Part shown: piece by piece, positions 44,036 to 54,411 of the stretch | Layout: each line of letters starts with the position of its first letter | Position numbering within the stretch: the stretch's first letter is position 1 | From: Escherichia phage vB_EcoM_G37-3 | Sequence record: MK327941.1 | Reading direction: 5' to 3' (one strand) | DNA length: 64,000 nt | The notes under the pieces: generated by a model | Told to the model about the DNA's origin: nothing | What the model saw: only the letters and a program-made list of their open reading frames with translations | Database searches by the model: none | Translations under genes and position numbers: made by a program

Positions 44036-44293
44036 ATGGCACGTCGTAAATTTACAGATAATTGTGAAGCAATTCAGGTATCCCCTTGCGGTTGGGATGT
44101 GATCGCGAACGGTGAAAAGATCGGAGAGATCATCGATCATACTCATTCATCACTAGCCGATTACACCGATGAACTATGGGAGGGTATCAACTTCATGAAT
44201 GACACTAAACGATTCAAGACTATCGACGAAGCTATCTATTTTGTGTATAATCCAACTTTCGGTATGTGGGGAACTAGAAAATGGCACGCGTAA
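44036..44293 (+). CDS. Hypothetical protein (85 aa), cassette gene 1
   Basis: ATG with RBS GGAGGA; no recognised domain. Confidence 0.5.
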   Translation: MARRKFTDNCEAIQVSPCGWDVIANGEKIGEIIDHTHSSLADYTDELWEGINFMNDTKRFKTIDEAIYFVYNPTFGMWGTRKWHA

Positions 44294-44613
44294 ACATTAA
44301 ACTACACTACACAATGGGTAAAGCTAAGTTCCCAATGCAAAAGCATTACTATGGTCTACGTGCACAAGATCCAAAACTCTATGGTACTCATTGGTTTTGT
44401 AAACATGATAACCAATGGCACACATACGAAGAAATGCACGAGATGATGAAACAGGGTATTGAATTGAGTTATTCTAATTATGACCATCGTATAACTTGCA
44501 TTCGAAAATTGAAACGATGGATTCGTAAGAATCCGCAATTTAAAAACTTTGTGTTCTTTATGTCTCATGTTTATTTGGGACATAGCGTTACCGTCACAGC
44601 AAAGGTTAAATAA
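44281..44613 (+). CDS. Hypothetical protein (110 aa, His/Trp-rich), cassette gene 2
   Basis: ORF overlapping upstream stop; no recognised domain. Confidence 0.5.
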   Translation: MARVNIKLHYTMGKAKFPMQKHYYGLRAQDPKLYGTHWFCKHDNQWHTYEEMHEMMKQGIELSYSNYDHRITCIRKLKRWIRKNPQFKNFVFFMSHVYLGHSVTVTAKVK

Positions 44614-45452
44614 TGGCACGACTTTCTAAACAAGAACAAAAATTACACGATCGGGTGATGGAGTTGATTAATTCAGATCGCCCATTGACATATGAAGAAA
44701 AAGAATTTTGCTATAATAACTATCATGGCGATGGTCTAGGCGGTTCAGGTGCATTCTTTACCCCAGAAGGGCTTGCATGGGATTTTACCATCGATGCACA
44801 TTGCACAGGAAAAGTATTAGATCTTTGTGCTGGGATCGGTCGCTTATCTTTTTGTATGTTACATCGTTGTAAGCCAGAAAAGATCGTATGCGTCGAACTC
44901 AATCCAGAATTTGCGCGGATTGGCAAGCGACTATTACCGGAGGCAGAATGGATCACCAGCGATGTATTCGAATTTGAGTCAAACGAAAAATTCGATGTGG
45001 TGATCAGCAATCCACCCTTCGGGAAAATCAATACAACCGACACAAAGGATGTATTTGAGTACACTGGTGGCGAATTTGAATTTAAGGTTATGACATTAGG
45101 CCAGAAGTTTGCCGATGTAGGTTATTTTATTGTTCCTTCTGGTTCCGCTGGTTTTGCCTATTCCGGCAGACCTTATTATGACGGGACCATGAAGTCTAAT
45201 AAATATCTAAAATGGAGCAAACAAACTGGTTTGGTGACTTATGCCGGATGTGGGATCGATACATCAATCTATCGTGATGAATGGCATAGTACCAACGTTT
45301 TAACAGAAGTGGTTGAGGTTCGGTATTACGAGAAAGAAGCCGTAGAAGCGCCTAAATCACGTCCTAACGAACAAATAGAAGAAAGTAAGGAGATTACCTT
45401 ACCGAAACAGGAAAGCGAGTCTGGGACGCTCTCAGATTTGTTTGACATTTAA
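44613..45452 (+). CDS. Putative gamma-class amino-methyltransferase (N6-adenine-type, NPPF motif), cassette gene 3
   Basis: FFTPEGLAWDF (motif X), VLDLCAGIGRLS (motif I), DVVISNPPFGK (motif IV) in order X-I-IV. Confidence 0.65.
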   Translation: MARLSKQEQKLHDRVMELINSDRPLTYEEKEFCYNNYHGDGLGGSGAFFTPEGLAWDFTIDAHCTGKVLDLCAGIGRLSFCMLHRCKPEKIVCVELNPEFARIGKRLLPEAEWITSDVFEFESNEKFDVVISNPPFGKINTTDTKDVFEYTGGEFEFKVMTLGQKFADVGYFIVPSGSAGFAYSGRPYYDGTMKSNKYLKWSKQTGLVTYAGCGIDTSIYRDEWHSTNVLTEVVEVRYYEKEAVEAPKSRPNEQIEESKEITLPKQESESGTLSDLFDI

Positions 45453-45454
45453 TT

Positions 45455-45482
45455 ATAAGCCGTCCTTGTGGACGGCTTTTTT
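45455..45482 (+). terminator. Rho-independent terminator after cassette
   Basis: Hairpin AGCCGTCC-TTGT-GGACGGCT followed by TTTTTT. Confidence 0.65.
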
Positions 45483-45492
45483 GTATGTGTTT

Positions 45493-45500
45493 TATAAATA
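45493..45500 (+). promoter_or_regulatory. T4-type late promoter TATAAATA upstream of gene 9
   Basis: Exact TATAAATA about 27 nt before gene 9 ATG. Confidence 0.6.
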
Positions 45501-45527
45501 ATACATCATAACATGAGGAATTAAACA

Positions 45528-46382
45528 ATGGCACAAGTTCCAAAGAAAAGAATAGACACAGGTACTGTCGGCAATCCATCGACTGGCGATATCTTATATG
45601 ATGGCGGTAATAAAATTAACGATAACTTTGATTCAATATATGACGCATTTGCTGATCAACGTCTAAAAGAGATTGATCATGGTGCTGGTCGAATGGTTAT
45701 TCATGCCACGGGATACTATCAGAAACACCCACGACAAAGCTATGCAGGGTCGGCGGTAGAGATTGGTAGCTTACATGATATTGACACAACTCAAGGCGCA
45801 TTAATAGCAATTCTTCCTAAAGCTAAAGTCGGTGAGGGTGTTGTGTTCATAAATAGTAACGGTAGCTTTTCGGCAACAACACCACTAAACATTAGAACTC
45901 AAGCAGGAGATTCTATTAGCGGGTATTCCGGTGACGCGGTAATAACTCAACCTTTCTCAAAAGTCACCGTCTGGTGTACTGCCGTCGAAGGTAGTAGAGT
46001 TACCTGGCGGCTAGGCATCGAAAGTATGTTTACCGACACAACCACACCACTAGATAGGACAGTTAATGTAACTGGAGTTGCAACCAACGTTGCTATTGCA
46101 GCAAAAACAGAATATGTATCAATTAAACTATTAACAACCGCTAGCAATACGACGGGTTCAAAAATGCGCTCAAGCGAAACTCTATTGATGATTGATGCCA
46201 GAGCCGGAAAAGTTTACGCGACAGAATATGCGGTTTTACAGAAAACAGAAGACGAATTATACACGGTTCGTTATTTCATTGGTTCCGGCGATAAAGTATA
46301 TGCAGAGTATAAGGCTACTGGCGAAAATATTCGTTTAGCAGTTAAAGCCACAGACACTATTAAAATCGGGGTTGCTACATGA
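45528..46382 (+). CDS. 9: Baseplate wedge / long tail fibre socket protein gp9
   Basis: KKRIDTGTVGNPSTGDILYDGGNKINDNFDSIYDAF matches T4 gp9. Confidence 0.9.
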   Translation: MAQVPKKRIDTGTVGNPSTGDILYDGGNKINDNFDSIYDAFADQRLKEIDHGAGRMVIHATGYYQKHPRQSYAGSAVEIGSLHDIDTTQGALIAILPKAKVGEGVVFINSNGSFSATTPLNIRTQAGDSISGYSGDAVITQPFSKVTVWCTAVEGSRVTWRLGIESMFTDTTTPLDRTVNVTGVATNVAIAAKTEYVSIKLLTTASNTTGSKMRSSETLLMIDARAGKVYATEYAVLQKTEDELYTVRYFIGSGDKVYAEYKATGENIRLAVKATDTIKIGVAT

Positions 46383-48181
46383 AACAATTAATTAATATCG
46401 GTAACGTTGTAGATGACGGTACTGGTGATTATCTAAGAAAAGGCGGTCAAAAGATCAACGACAACTTTTCTGAACTTTATACTAAGCTGGGGGATGGAGA
46501 TACCCCCCACGCATCCGGTGCATGGAAAACGCATACAGATCCATTATTAAAGCCTAATTTTGGTGATGCGTGGGCTATCAATACAACAAACAACGCGGTG
46601 TCGGTAGAGCTTCCTAAAGGTGGCGTTGGTGATTATAACAAGACAATTAAACTTCGTGATGTTTGGCGCTCGTGGGCGTCTCATAACGTAACACTTAAGC
46701 CAGCACAAGGTGATACCATTAAGGGATCTCCAATCGACCGTGAGTTGTATAAAGATTTTATGGATGTTGAATTGGTTTATTGTGCGCCTGGACGCTGGGA
46801 ATATATCGAAAATAAGCGAGTTGACACGATCACCACGTCTGACCTAAGCACAGTAGCTAAGGAAGTTTATATTGCCACAGAAGGGCAAACAGATTTCCCT
46901 AATGTATTTGGTTCTAACACATATAACACTCGAAATGTTGAAGTATATTATCGAGGAAACCTTTTATATTATGGCAAGTCTTTTAGTAATGACTCTAACT
47001 ACGGTTCAATCGGTGAGGATGGATCACTTGTTGAACTTGATGGCAAAAGCATAAAACTTCGTTTTCCTTGTTCGGCTGGGGACACCGTTCAAATTATTAC
47101 ATATATGGACGGAATTGCATCATTCCGGTCTAGTTATATCACACACACAATTAGAGTGTATGATACCGGAATGACAGCACTAGAAACTATTCCGGGTGAA
47201 GTGTGGGTAGGTGATTTATCGACGAAAAAAGAATTTACCAATGCTGATTTGGGAGTTAGTAAACGTGATATAATTAACCCAAATTCATTTGAGTTATTAA
47301 TAAATGGTACTCAAATGATTAAAGCTGGTGATGCTGATCTTCCTTCGTTTGTTTGTGAAGGTGCTGACGGAGAAACCGAAGAGAGTTGCGCACTTGCTGG
47401 CGGTCAGTGGGTACAGTCTGGAGAAGATTATTCACTGGTATTTGATGAGAATAGCATTGTAACAGGGATTAAATTAGCTAAAGCGTTGGACAATAGAGAT
47501 ACTATCACAATTCGTTGGTTTAATAACGATATCGGAACTCTATTAGAATGGGATGGTGTCGGCGGAATTAAAGAAAAAGCAGACAAGATTTATCTCAATA
47601 ACGAAGACGAAGTTAATTTAACAAAACAAATTGAATATACCGACTTCCAGAATCCCAGCCAGAAAAACACTCGTCCGGCAGAAGAGTATTCAGGTCGAAT
47701 TATGGATATATATGCACTGTTTGATATTTTCCATCCGATCGGCACGATATACGAAAACGCACATAACCCAGCTAACCCAGCGACCTATATGGGTATTGGT
47801 ATCTGGGTTCGGTATGCGGAAGGAGAATTTCTTGCTGGTTGGTCTTCCGATGCCAGCGACCAGAATTTTGCATTAAACAATAACGATCTTGATATTCATG
47901 GACAACCTACACACACCGCTGGTGGTACTGGTGGTGAAGTTGCCTATCAAATCAAGAAAGATATGATTCCTGAATTACAATCCAGCGATCGTGTTTTGGT
48001 GAAAGACGATACAGGGTCAATTATCATTGGTGGTTGTCAAGTTGATCCCGATGCGGCAGGTCCAGCGTTTACGAAATATAGAGAGGATATCGTAAAAGTT
48101 AATTCTGGAAATGCTGATCCATCAATGATGGGCATTCTTCCTCCATATCGCACCGTTCATCGCTGGTTAAGGGTAGGTTAA
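46379..48181 (+). CDS. 10: Baseplate wedge protein gp10
   Basis: MKQLINIGNVVDDGTGDYLRKGGQKINDNF matches T4 gp10. Confidence 0.9.
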   Translation: MKQLINIGNVVDDGTGDYLRKGGQKINDNFSELYTKLGDGDTPHASGAWKTHTDPLLKPNFGDAWAINTTNNAVSVELPKGGVGDYNKTIKLRDVWRSWASHNVTLKPAQGDTIKGSPIDRELYKDFMDVELVYCAPGRWEYIENKRVDTITTSDLSTVAKEVYIATEGQTDFPNVFGSNTYNTRNVEVYYRGNLLYYGKSFSNDSNYGSIGEDGSLVELDGKSIKLRFPCSAGDTVQIITYMDGIASFRSSYITHTIRVYDTGMTALETIPGEVWVGDLSTKKEFTNADLGVSKRDIINPNSFELLINGTQMIKAGDADLPSFVCEGADGETEESCALAGGQWVQSGEDYSLVFDENSIVTGIKLAKALDNRDTITIRWFNNDIGTLLEWDGVGGIKEKADKIYLNNEDEVNLTKQIEYTDFQNPSQKNTRPAEEYSGRIMDIYALFDIFHPIGTIYENAHNPANPATYMGIGIWVRYAEGEFLAGWSSDASDQNFALNNNDLDIHGQPTHTAGGTGGEVAYQIKKDMIPELQSSDRVLVKDDTGSIIIGGCQVDPDAAGPAFTKYREDIVKVNSGNADPSMMGILPPYRTVHRWLRVG

Positions 48182-48182
48182 T

Positions 48183-48827
48183 ATGATTTCTAAAACACGT
48201 TCTAAAGCAAGCGTATTTTCTAGCGACGCAGCATTCATTTCATACGATCCGGGGTCGAAAGACCCCATTATTGGTGACATTCGCCCAATTGGTGGATTAA
48301 ACGTAGACCAATCTCGCAAAGGTTCTTTTATTAACAACGTACAATCAGCCATTGATGATTTGTATAGCATTTCTATGCTTAATGTCGGTGATGTATTGGT
48401 AACTACAAATTCAACTCCACCGGAAGCGGCTGGACAAATAGAAACTCTTTCTTTCACTGGAACGGTAACAAATAAACACGATCCAGCCGCGACAAAAGTT
48501 GTAATTGAAGTTTTGGGTTATCCATTTGTTGTTAATGTTGGAACATCGAATGTTGCATTATGCGAAATGGTCACAACAAAATTTACTGAATTGAAAGACA
48601 AAAGTATCTTATTCTCTAAAGTTGAGAGGAAAGGTACTGGCAACGATAAAATAGAGATTCAGTATATTGATTCAAACGCACACGAAGCAACGGTCGTAGA
48701 AAAATATGGTATTAGCGTTCGTGGGGAAATAAATTCCCCTGCTCGTTATGGTTATGGTGCATGGTCCAGATTGGGAACGGAAGAAAAATTTGATTCAACA
48801 CTATTTTATTTTAAGCGTATTGCGTAA
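48183..48827 (+). CDS. 11: Baseplate wedge protein gp11
   Basis: C-terminus GYGAWSRLGTEEKFDSTLFYFKRIA matches T4 gp11. Confidence 0.88.
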   Translation: MISKTRSKASVFSSDAAFISYDPGSKDPIIGDIRPIGGLNVDQSRKGSFINNVQSAIDDLYSISMLNVGDVLVTTNSTPPEAAGQIETLSFTGTVTNKHDPAATKVVIEVLGYPFVVNVGTSNVALCEMVTTKFTELKDKSILFSKVERKGTGNDKIEIQYIDSNAHEATVVEKYGISVRGEINSPARYGYGAWSRLGTEEKFDSTLFYFKRIA

Positions 48828-48838
48828 GGTGTAAAATT

Positions 48839-50242
48839 ATGAATAACACTATTAATCACGTAAAAGACGATGCACAGTATGTTAAGTTTGACCCTACCGG
48901 AAATTGGCCTAGCAATATAAAAAACGTACAAGCGGCATTAGCCGCTATTCAGGGATTTGCGATTGCAGGTCTTCCAACGGCAACCGAAGAAACAGCGGGT
49001 ATTGCTGAAATTGCTACTCAACAAGAAGTAGATGATGGGTTGGATGGAACGAAAATTGTTACCCCAAAAACATTGGCTGTTAAGCTGTCAAGACCGGACG
49101 CAACAAAACTTGTCAAAGGGATCACTCGCTATGCTAATAACGATGAAGCTATGGGCGATACTCCAAATATTGCAATTGGTCCTGATACATTAACCCATGT
49201 ATTCGAGAACAAGAAAGCAACGGAAACCGTACAGGGTACAATTAAAATCTGTTCTATGGATGCGGCAAAAATAGGTAGCGATGACACTATGGCAGTAACG
49301 CCTAAAAAGATGCACGCTGCTATTGCTCAGATTGTTCCAGGGTTGATTCCAGAACAAAACACGGCGACCGAGTCCCGTGAGGGTTTAGTTAGACTGGCGA
49401 CAAGCCAACAAACGCTTGCTGGTACTATCAGAGAAGGATTTGCCGTTAGTCCATATGCATTTTCCAACGCAAGAGCCAATGAAAATCAGGCGGGTACTGT
49501 TAAAATTGCCTCATCCCAACAAATGATTGACGGCAATGACAACACAGTAGTAGTATCAGCACAAAAATTTGCGAACACTAAAGCAACCACTGGACAATTC
49601 GGTGTTGTTAAGCTAACAGATAACCCAGGATCAGGCGAGGCAAACACAGCACTGTCGGCAAACGCTCGTGTATTGCCTCTAAGTGGTGGTGTCGTTACTG
49701 GTGATGTGTATCGTCATAGCGGAGGCGACGGAAACCAGTTTATCATTAAAAATGAACTGGATGGTCTTTGTATGCCTATTGGTGGCATCATTCTTACAGC
49801 ATTTAACAGTTTCGACCACGCACAATTCAAAATCTGTAACGGTCAATGGTTAAATAAACACCAATATCCAGTATTATTTTCACGAATCGGTTTCACTTAT
49901 GGCGGAGATGGTGGAGACAACTTTGCTCTACCCGATATGCGAGGGCTTGTTGCTAGAGGATGCGACCACGGTCGAGGACTAGACCCAGGTCGTGGATTTG
50001 GTACTTATCAAGACGACACCATGCAACATATGACAGGTAACTTCCCTGTAGCTAACCGTTGGCGCGGTTGGACTGGTGGTGCATTTGCCATCACAGGCGG
50101 TCAATGGAGCACGAACTATAAAAACGGTGGTGGCGATGATTGGGGTAGTATTGTTAACTTTGACAGCGCAAGACAGGTTAGAACGTCTGGCGAAACTCGC
50201 GTTAAAAGCCTTGCATTAAACTACATGATAAGGGTACAATAA
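48839..50242 (+). CDS. 12: Short tail fibre protein gp12
   Basis: YVKFDPTGNWPSNIKNVQAALAAI and repeated GT-x-KIA / GVVKLT motifs as in T4 gp12. Confidence 0.88.
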   Translation: MNNTINHVKDDAQYVKFDPTGNWPSNIKNVQAALAAIQGFAIAGLPTATEETAGIAEIATQQEVDDGLDGTKIVTPKTLAVKLSRPDATKLVKGITRYANNDEAMGDTPNIAIGPDTLTHVFENKKATETVQGTIKICSMDAAKIGSDDTMAVTPKKMHAAIAQIVPGLIPEQNTATESREGLVRLATSQQTLAGTIREGFAVSPYAFSNARANENQAGTVKIASSQQMIDGNDNTVVVSAQKFANTKATTGQFGVVKLTDNPGSGEANTALSANARVLPLSGGVVTGDVYRHSGGDGNQFIIKNELDGLCMPIGGIILTAFNSFDHAQFKICNGQWLNKHQYPVLFSRIGFTYGGDGGDNFALPDMRGLVARGCDHGRGLDPGRGFGTYQDDTMQHMTGNFPVANRWRGWTGGAFAITGGQWSTNYKNGGGDDWGSIVNFDSARQVRTSGETRVKSLALNYMIRVQ

Positions 50243-52011
50243 TGATCGAACAGTTAAACATTCGAAAGATCCCTAACGTCGATGGTGTCCCTGGAGAGGG
50301 ACAGCATTCTATTAGCTGGATTAAAAATGGTGAATGTCTAAGCGCAGCAACCACAGAAACAGGACACGAGGGGACGCTTAACCGCGCCCCTTATGCGATT
50401 CAAGAAAATATTGTTCGTCTGGATGAAAATTCTAAGACAACGGTAACAAAAGTTAACGAAGTTGTTACAGCAGTTAATGATATTAAAACTACTTTAGGCG
50501 CGGTTGCTGATGGTAGTATTATTGATATTGTCAATCAAACTATTGCAAAGGTTGAGTCTGTAGAAGAAAATTTAGGAGAAACTTCAAGGACATTACAAAC
50601 CACAGTAGATGAACTGGCGGAGACAGGAAAGAAAATTGGTGTTCGTCCGGCAGCAGATCCGAGTACACGAACAATATATGATGATATTTCTTTCATCAAA
50701 CAAGAATTGGGCGCTTTCCCTAACTTCAATATCAACGGTTCTCCAGATCCGGGTAGTTCCGGTTCCGGTATCAAATATCGAGTTATCCAGAATACGGAAG
50801 CATTAAACAACCACGGTCAGCGAATCCGCCAACTAGAAAACGACTGGCAAGATTCTGACGTTGGAGAGCTAACAAAACAAGTTAACAAAATGCGAAGCGA
50901 GCTAGGCGATACATCACTAGCAACACAGGACAATGTTTATCTTCGTCTTCGCACAAATACTCGCAATATCGCTAGTATATCAAACGAAGTTCAGGAAGTA
51001 AAGAAAGCGATTCTATTTGAATCAATTCCTGATATCGGGACTAAAGTAACTAAGCTACAATCTGATTATACACAGCTTAATGATGAAGTCAACGGCGTTG
51101 ACGCTGGTATCCGTCCTCGTTTAACTCTTCTGGAAAATAATATTGGCAATCCTCAAGCCGCTGGAAGTATTGATTATCGATTGACTAATCAAGAACGGGA
51201 ATGTGTAGATCTTAAATCTGTTGTCGGTGTTAGTGGTGCTGATGGCCTACGTGGTGAGGTTGCACGAATATCTAACACAGTTGGTACTGATAGTGAGCGT
51301 CATACTATCGCAGGTCGTCTAAAAATTGTAGAAAACACACAGGGACGACTAGAAGCTAGCGTACAGGATATCGAGCAAATGATCGGCGATCGAGATTCCG
51401 GTCTAACCGCCGGGGTTATTAAGCTGTCAAGCGACATGTACGGTAATCCAGAAGGAAGCACGCAGCTTGAACAAGATGGGATCGTGAAAACTGTTAAGGA
51501 ATTGAGCACATCCAATGCAAGTAAGGTAACAGACGTTCCTGATGATGGTTTCCATTATCTACGTAAGCACGGGGAATGGGTTCAGGTCGCATGGGCGGCT
51601 GGTGCATTTAAAAACACCGCTCAGATTGATATTACTCTCGACGGACAAGATCAATACAAAGGAATCCCGCTAAACGATATGACCGAAGAAGTTCCTGCGC
51701 GTGGAATGGTTAAGAGCGAATCTATTGTTACGGTTAACGACAAAGGCTTATTCCGTTGTGTTTTCCGTTGTTCTGTACATGCTGCACATAACGCTACTTT
51801 CGTAGTCGGTATTGCTAAAAATGGTCAGATTGTACATGAGGTACGAAATGGTCAGTATGGAACTGATGATTTAATTAGCTATTCTACCAGTGCTTTCCTA
51901 AATATTGAAAAGGGCGACCGGATCGATATTCGCATTAAGGGCGTATCCGAAGAAACATTAGCGCAACAGCTACAAATTAAAGAGTTCCTCTTTGGAATTT
52001 CTCCGGTATAA
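50242..52011 (+). CDS. wac: Fibritin (whisker antigen control) Wac
   Basis: N-terminus VDGVPGEGQHSISWIKNGE matches T4 fibritin; coiled-coil body. Confidence 0.85.
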   Translation: MIEQLNIRKIPNVDGVPGEGQHSISWIKNGECLSAATTETGHEGTLNRAPYAIQENIVRLDENSKTTVTKVNEVVTAVNDIKTTLGAVADGSIIDIVNQTIAKVESVEENLGETSRTLQTTVDELAETGKKIGVRPAADPSTRTIYDDISFIKQELGAFPNFNINGSPDPGSSGSGIKYRVIQNTEALNNHGQRIRQLENDWQDSDVGELTKQVNKMRSELGDTSLATQDNVYLRLRTNTRNIASISNEVQEVKKAILFESIPDIGTKVTKLQSDYTQLNDEVNGVDAGIRPRLTLLENNIGNPQAAGSIDYRLTNQERECVDLKSVVGVSGADGLRGEVARISNTVGTDSERHTIAGRLKIVENTQGRLEASVQDIEQMIGDRDSGLTAGVIKLSSDMYGNPEGSTQLEQDGIVKTVKELSTSNASKVTDVPDDGFHYLRKHGEWVQVAWAAGAFKNTAQIDITLDGQDQYKGIPLNDMTEEVPARGMVKSESIVTVNDKGLFRCVFRCSVHAAHNATFVVGIAKNGQIVHEVRNGQYGTDDLISYSTSAFLNIEKGDRIDIRIKGVSEETLAQQLQIKEFLFGISPV

Positions 52012-52018
52012 GAAATTA

Positions 52019-52041
52019 AAGGGGCGTTAAGCCCCTTTTCC
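52019..52041 (+). terminator. Rho-independent terminator after wac
   Basis: Hairpin AGGGGC-GTTA-AGCCCCT followed by TTTT. Confidence 0.6.
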
Positions 52042-52057
52042 GTTTATAGGTGATATT

Positions 52058-52990
52058 ATGTCAGGATATGTAACCAATAACCCAAGAGAATTAAAAGACG
52101 CTATTCTGCGTCGTTTAGGCGCACCAGTAATTAACGTAGAAGTCACAGAAGACCAGATTTACGATTGTATTCAGAGAGCACTAGAACTCTATGGGGAATA
52201 TCATTTCGATGGTGTGAATAAAGGATATAAAGTATTTCGTGTTAGTGCAGAGCAAGCGCAACACGGGGTATTTGATTTAAGCGATTCTGGAGTATTCGCA
52301 GTAACTAAAATAATTCGAACAAACGTAGGTAGCGCGGCTACGATGGATGGTACTGCCGTTTATCCGTGGTTTACTGACTTTCTGTTGGGTTTAGCGGGTG
52401 TAAATGGCGGTTTAGGATCTGGCTGTAGTAAATTTTATGGTCCAAATGCAATGGGCGGTGATCTGGGATATTTCGAACAGCTTATGAGCTATCGCGCAAC
52501 TATGCAAAATATGCTCAATCCGCTTCCAGATTATTGGTATAATAGCGCAAACGGACAACTTAAGATTACAGGAAACTTCCGAGAAGGTGATCTCATTGTT
52601 GTTGAATTATATGTTAAAAGCTATATAGACGTTCCTGATATGATCGGTGCGGTTGCTGGTTATGCTCATGCGGGAGGATGTTCTACCGCTGGCGGGATTA
52701 GCGCCGTTTATGATAACCCAACTGCTGGTTTAAGCGGGATTGTTGCTGGCATGGGACCGATCCGTGATAACAAGCAGGGCGCATATAATAACCGTTGGGT
52801 TAAAGACATGGCAACCGCTTTCACTAAGGAGGTGTGGGGGTCCATCATGGCTAAACATCAAGGTCTGCAATTACCCGGAGGTGTCACTGTTGATGGTATC
52901 CGAATCATTGAAGAAGCACGCGCCGACATTGAGAAATTGCGACAAGAACTACTTGACTTAGATCCACCATTTGGTATACTAATGATTTGA
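52058..52990 (+). CDS. 13: Neck protein gp13
   Basis: 310-aa ORF at gene 13 position after wac. Confidence 0.8.
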   Translation: MSGYVTNNPRELKDAILRRLGAPVINVEVTEDQIYDCIQRALELYGEYHFDGVNKGYKVFRVSAEQAQHGVFDLSDSGVFAVTKIIRTNVGSAATMDGTAVYPWFTDFLLGLAGVNGGLGSGCSKFYGPNAMGGDLGYFEQLMSYRATMQNMLNPLPDYWYNSANGQLKITGNFREGDLIVVELYVKSYIDVPDMIGAVAGYAHAGGCSTAGGISAVYDNPTAGLSGIVAGMGPIRDNKQGAYNNRWVKDMATAFTKEVWGSIMAKHQGLQLPGGVTVDGIRIIEEARADIEKLRQELLDLDPPFGILMI

Positions 52991-53007
52991 TTTATTGGGG
53001 GAGTATT

Positions 53008-53652
53008 ATGAAAAGACGAAACACATTTTTACGATTGTATGTTACCGAATTTTTATCATCCTCCGGCAAAAAGATATATGGAGGGAAACGACACTCTCCA
53101 TATAAAAATTTCGAATCAGACCCGTATGTCGGGTCTGGAGTGATTATAAAACGAGCAATAGAAAAATATGGAAAGGATTGTGTAATTTCCATATCTTGGT
53201 CAAAACCATTTGAAACACCAGAATTATTGAAAGAGGCCGAAGAATTATTAATAGACGAACTCAAAGACAAATATTCCTATTTTTGCGCTAATTTGGTTAA
53301 AGGTGGACAAGGTGGTTCATATTATGACAAAGACAAAAATCCACGCGTAGGAAAAAAGAGAACTAAAGAAAGTCGAAATAAAATGTCAGAGGCAGCAAAA
53401 AATAGAAAATGGACAGAAGAAGGGTTGAAACGTAGAATCGAAGCAACAATTAAAATGAAAAAAACAGCAAAAGTCCCAGATTTTTCTGGCGACAAAAATC
53501 CAGCCGCAAAGAAAATACAGGTAGGAGATCTTATTTTTAATACTGGAAAAGAATGCGCGAAATATTTTAATATATGTCAAGCAACGGTCATAGATAGGTG
53601 CAAAAATCAACGTCCTAAATGGAAAGAATGGAGATATTATGATTCAATATAA
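53008..53652 (+). CDS. GIY-YIG homing endonuclease (Seg-like)
   Basis: [24 protein letters not shown] (GIY-x10-YIG) and C-terminal basic DNA-binding region; ATG at 53008 with RBS GGGGGA. Confidence 0.7.
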   Translation: MKRRNTFLRLYVTEFLSSSGKKIYGGKRHSPYKNFESDPYVGSGVIIKRAIEKYGKDCVISISWSKPFETPELLKEAEELLIDELKDKYSYFCANLVKGGQGGSYYDKDKNPRVGKKRTKESRNKMSEAAKNRKWTEEGLKRRIEATIKMKKTAKVPDFSGDKNPAAKKIQVGDLIFNTGKECAKYFNICQATVIDRCKNQRPKWKEWRYYDSI

Positions 53653-54385
53653 TTCTAACTTATTCGCAAGACTAGAAAATGGTAGCGGATATGATAAAAC
53701 ATACGCGACGGAGATTTTAAATCCGTGGGTGAATTTTAATTCACATACAAACACCCAGACGTTAGCCGACGTTATGGTCGCCGAAGCTATTCAGATGCGA
53801 GGTGTAGAATTATATTACATCCCTCGTGAATTTGTCAAACCAGATATGATATTTGGTGAGGATGTTCAAAGCAAATTTACTAAAGCATGGAAATTTGCGG
53901 CTTATATTAACTCATTTGATGGGTATGAAGGAGCGGGTAACTTCTTCTCTAGTTTCGGTTATCAAGCCAATGATGAACTAACTTTTACGGTTAACCCCAA
54001 CCTATTCAAGCATCAAGTAGATGATCAAGAGCCAAAATCAGGTGACTTGATTTATATTCCAATGAGTAATGATTTATTTGAAATCTCATATGTAGAGCCA
54101 TATCAGCCGTTTTTTCAGGCTGGCAAAAATGCCATGCGTAAAATTATTGCAGAGAAATTCGTGTATAGCGGCGAGGAATTGCGACCAGAATTACAACGCA
54201 ATGAGGGAATTAATGTTGATGAGTTTGCGGATCTGGACCTTGCACCGATCACTAATCTGGACGGATTAACAGATATCAACTTAGAACAGTACAAAGAAGA
54301 TAAGCAATTCAGAAGCGAAGGACAAGATTTTATTGACCCGTTTGATCCTATTAATGGCAAGGGTTCACCTTTTGCTAATTTTTGA
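53639..54385 (+). CDS. 14: Neck protein gp14
   Basis: 248-aa ORF at gene 14 position. Confidence 0.8.
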   Translation: MIQYNSNLFARLENGSGYDKTYATEILNPWVNFNSHTNTQTLADVMVAEAIQMRGVELYYIPREFVKPDMIFGEDVQSKFTKAWKFAAYINSFDGYEGAGNFFSSFGYQANDELTFTVNPNLFKHQVDDQEPKSGDLIYIPMSNDLFEISYVEPYQPFFQAGKNAMRKIIAEKFVYSGEELRPELQRNEGINVDEFADLDLAPITNLDGLTDINLEQYKEDKQFRSEGQDFIDPFDPINGKGSPFANF

Positions 54386-54411
54386 TAAATACTCATAAAC
54401 AAGGGGGTCAA

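Noticed and set aside
44036-45452. Shared MAR N-terminus of all three cassette ORFs as a possible signal
   Set aside because: ATGGCAC starts also occur in gp9, gp19 and other genes here; it is a common efficient start context, not evidence of relatedness.
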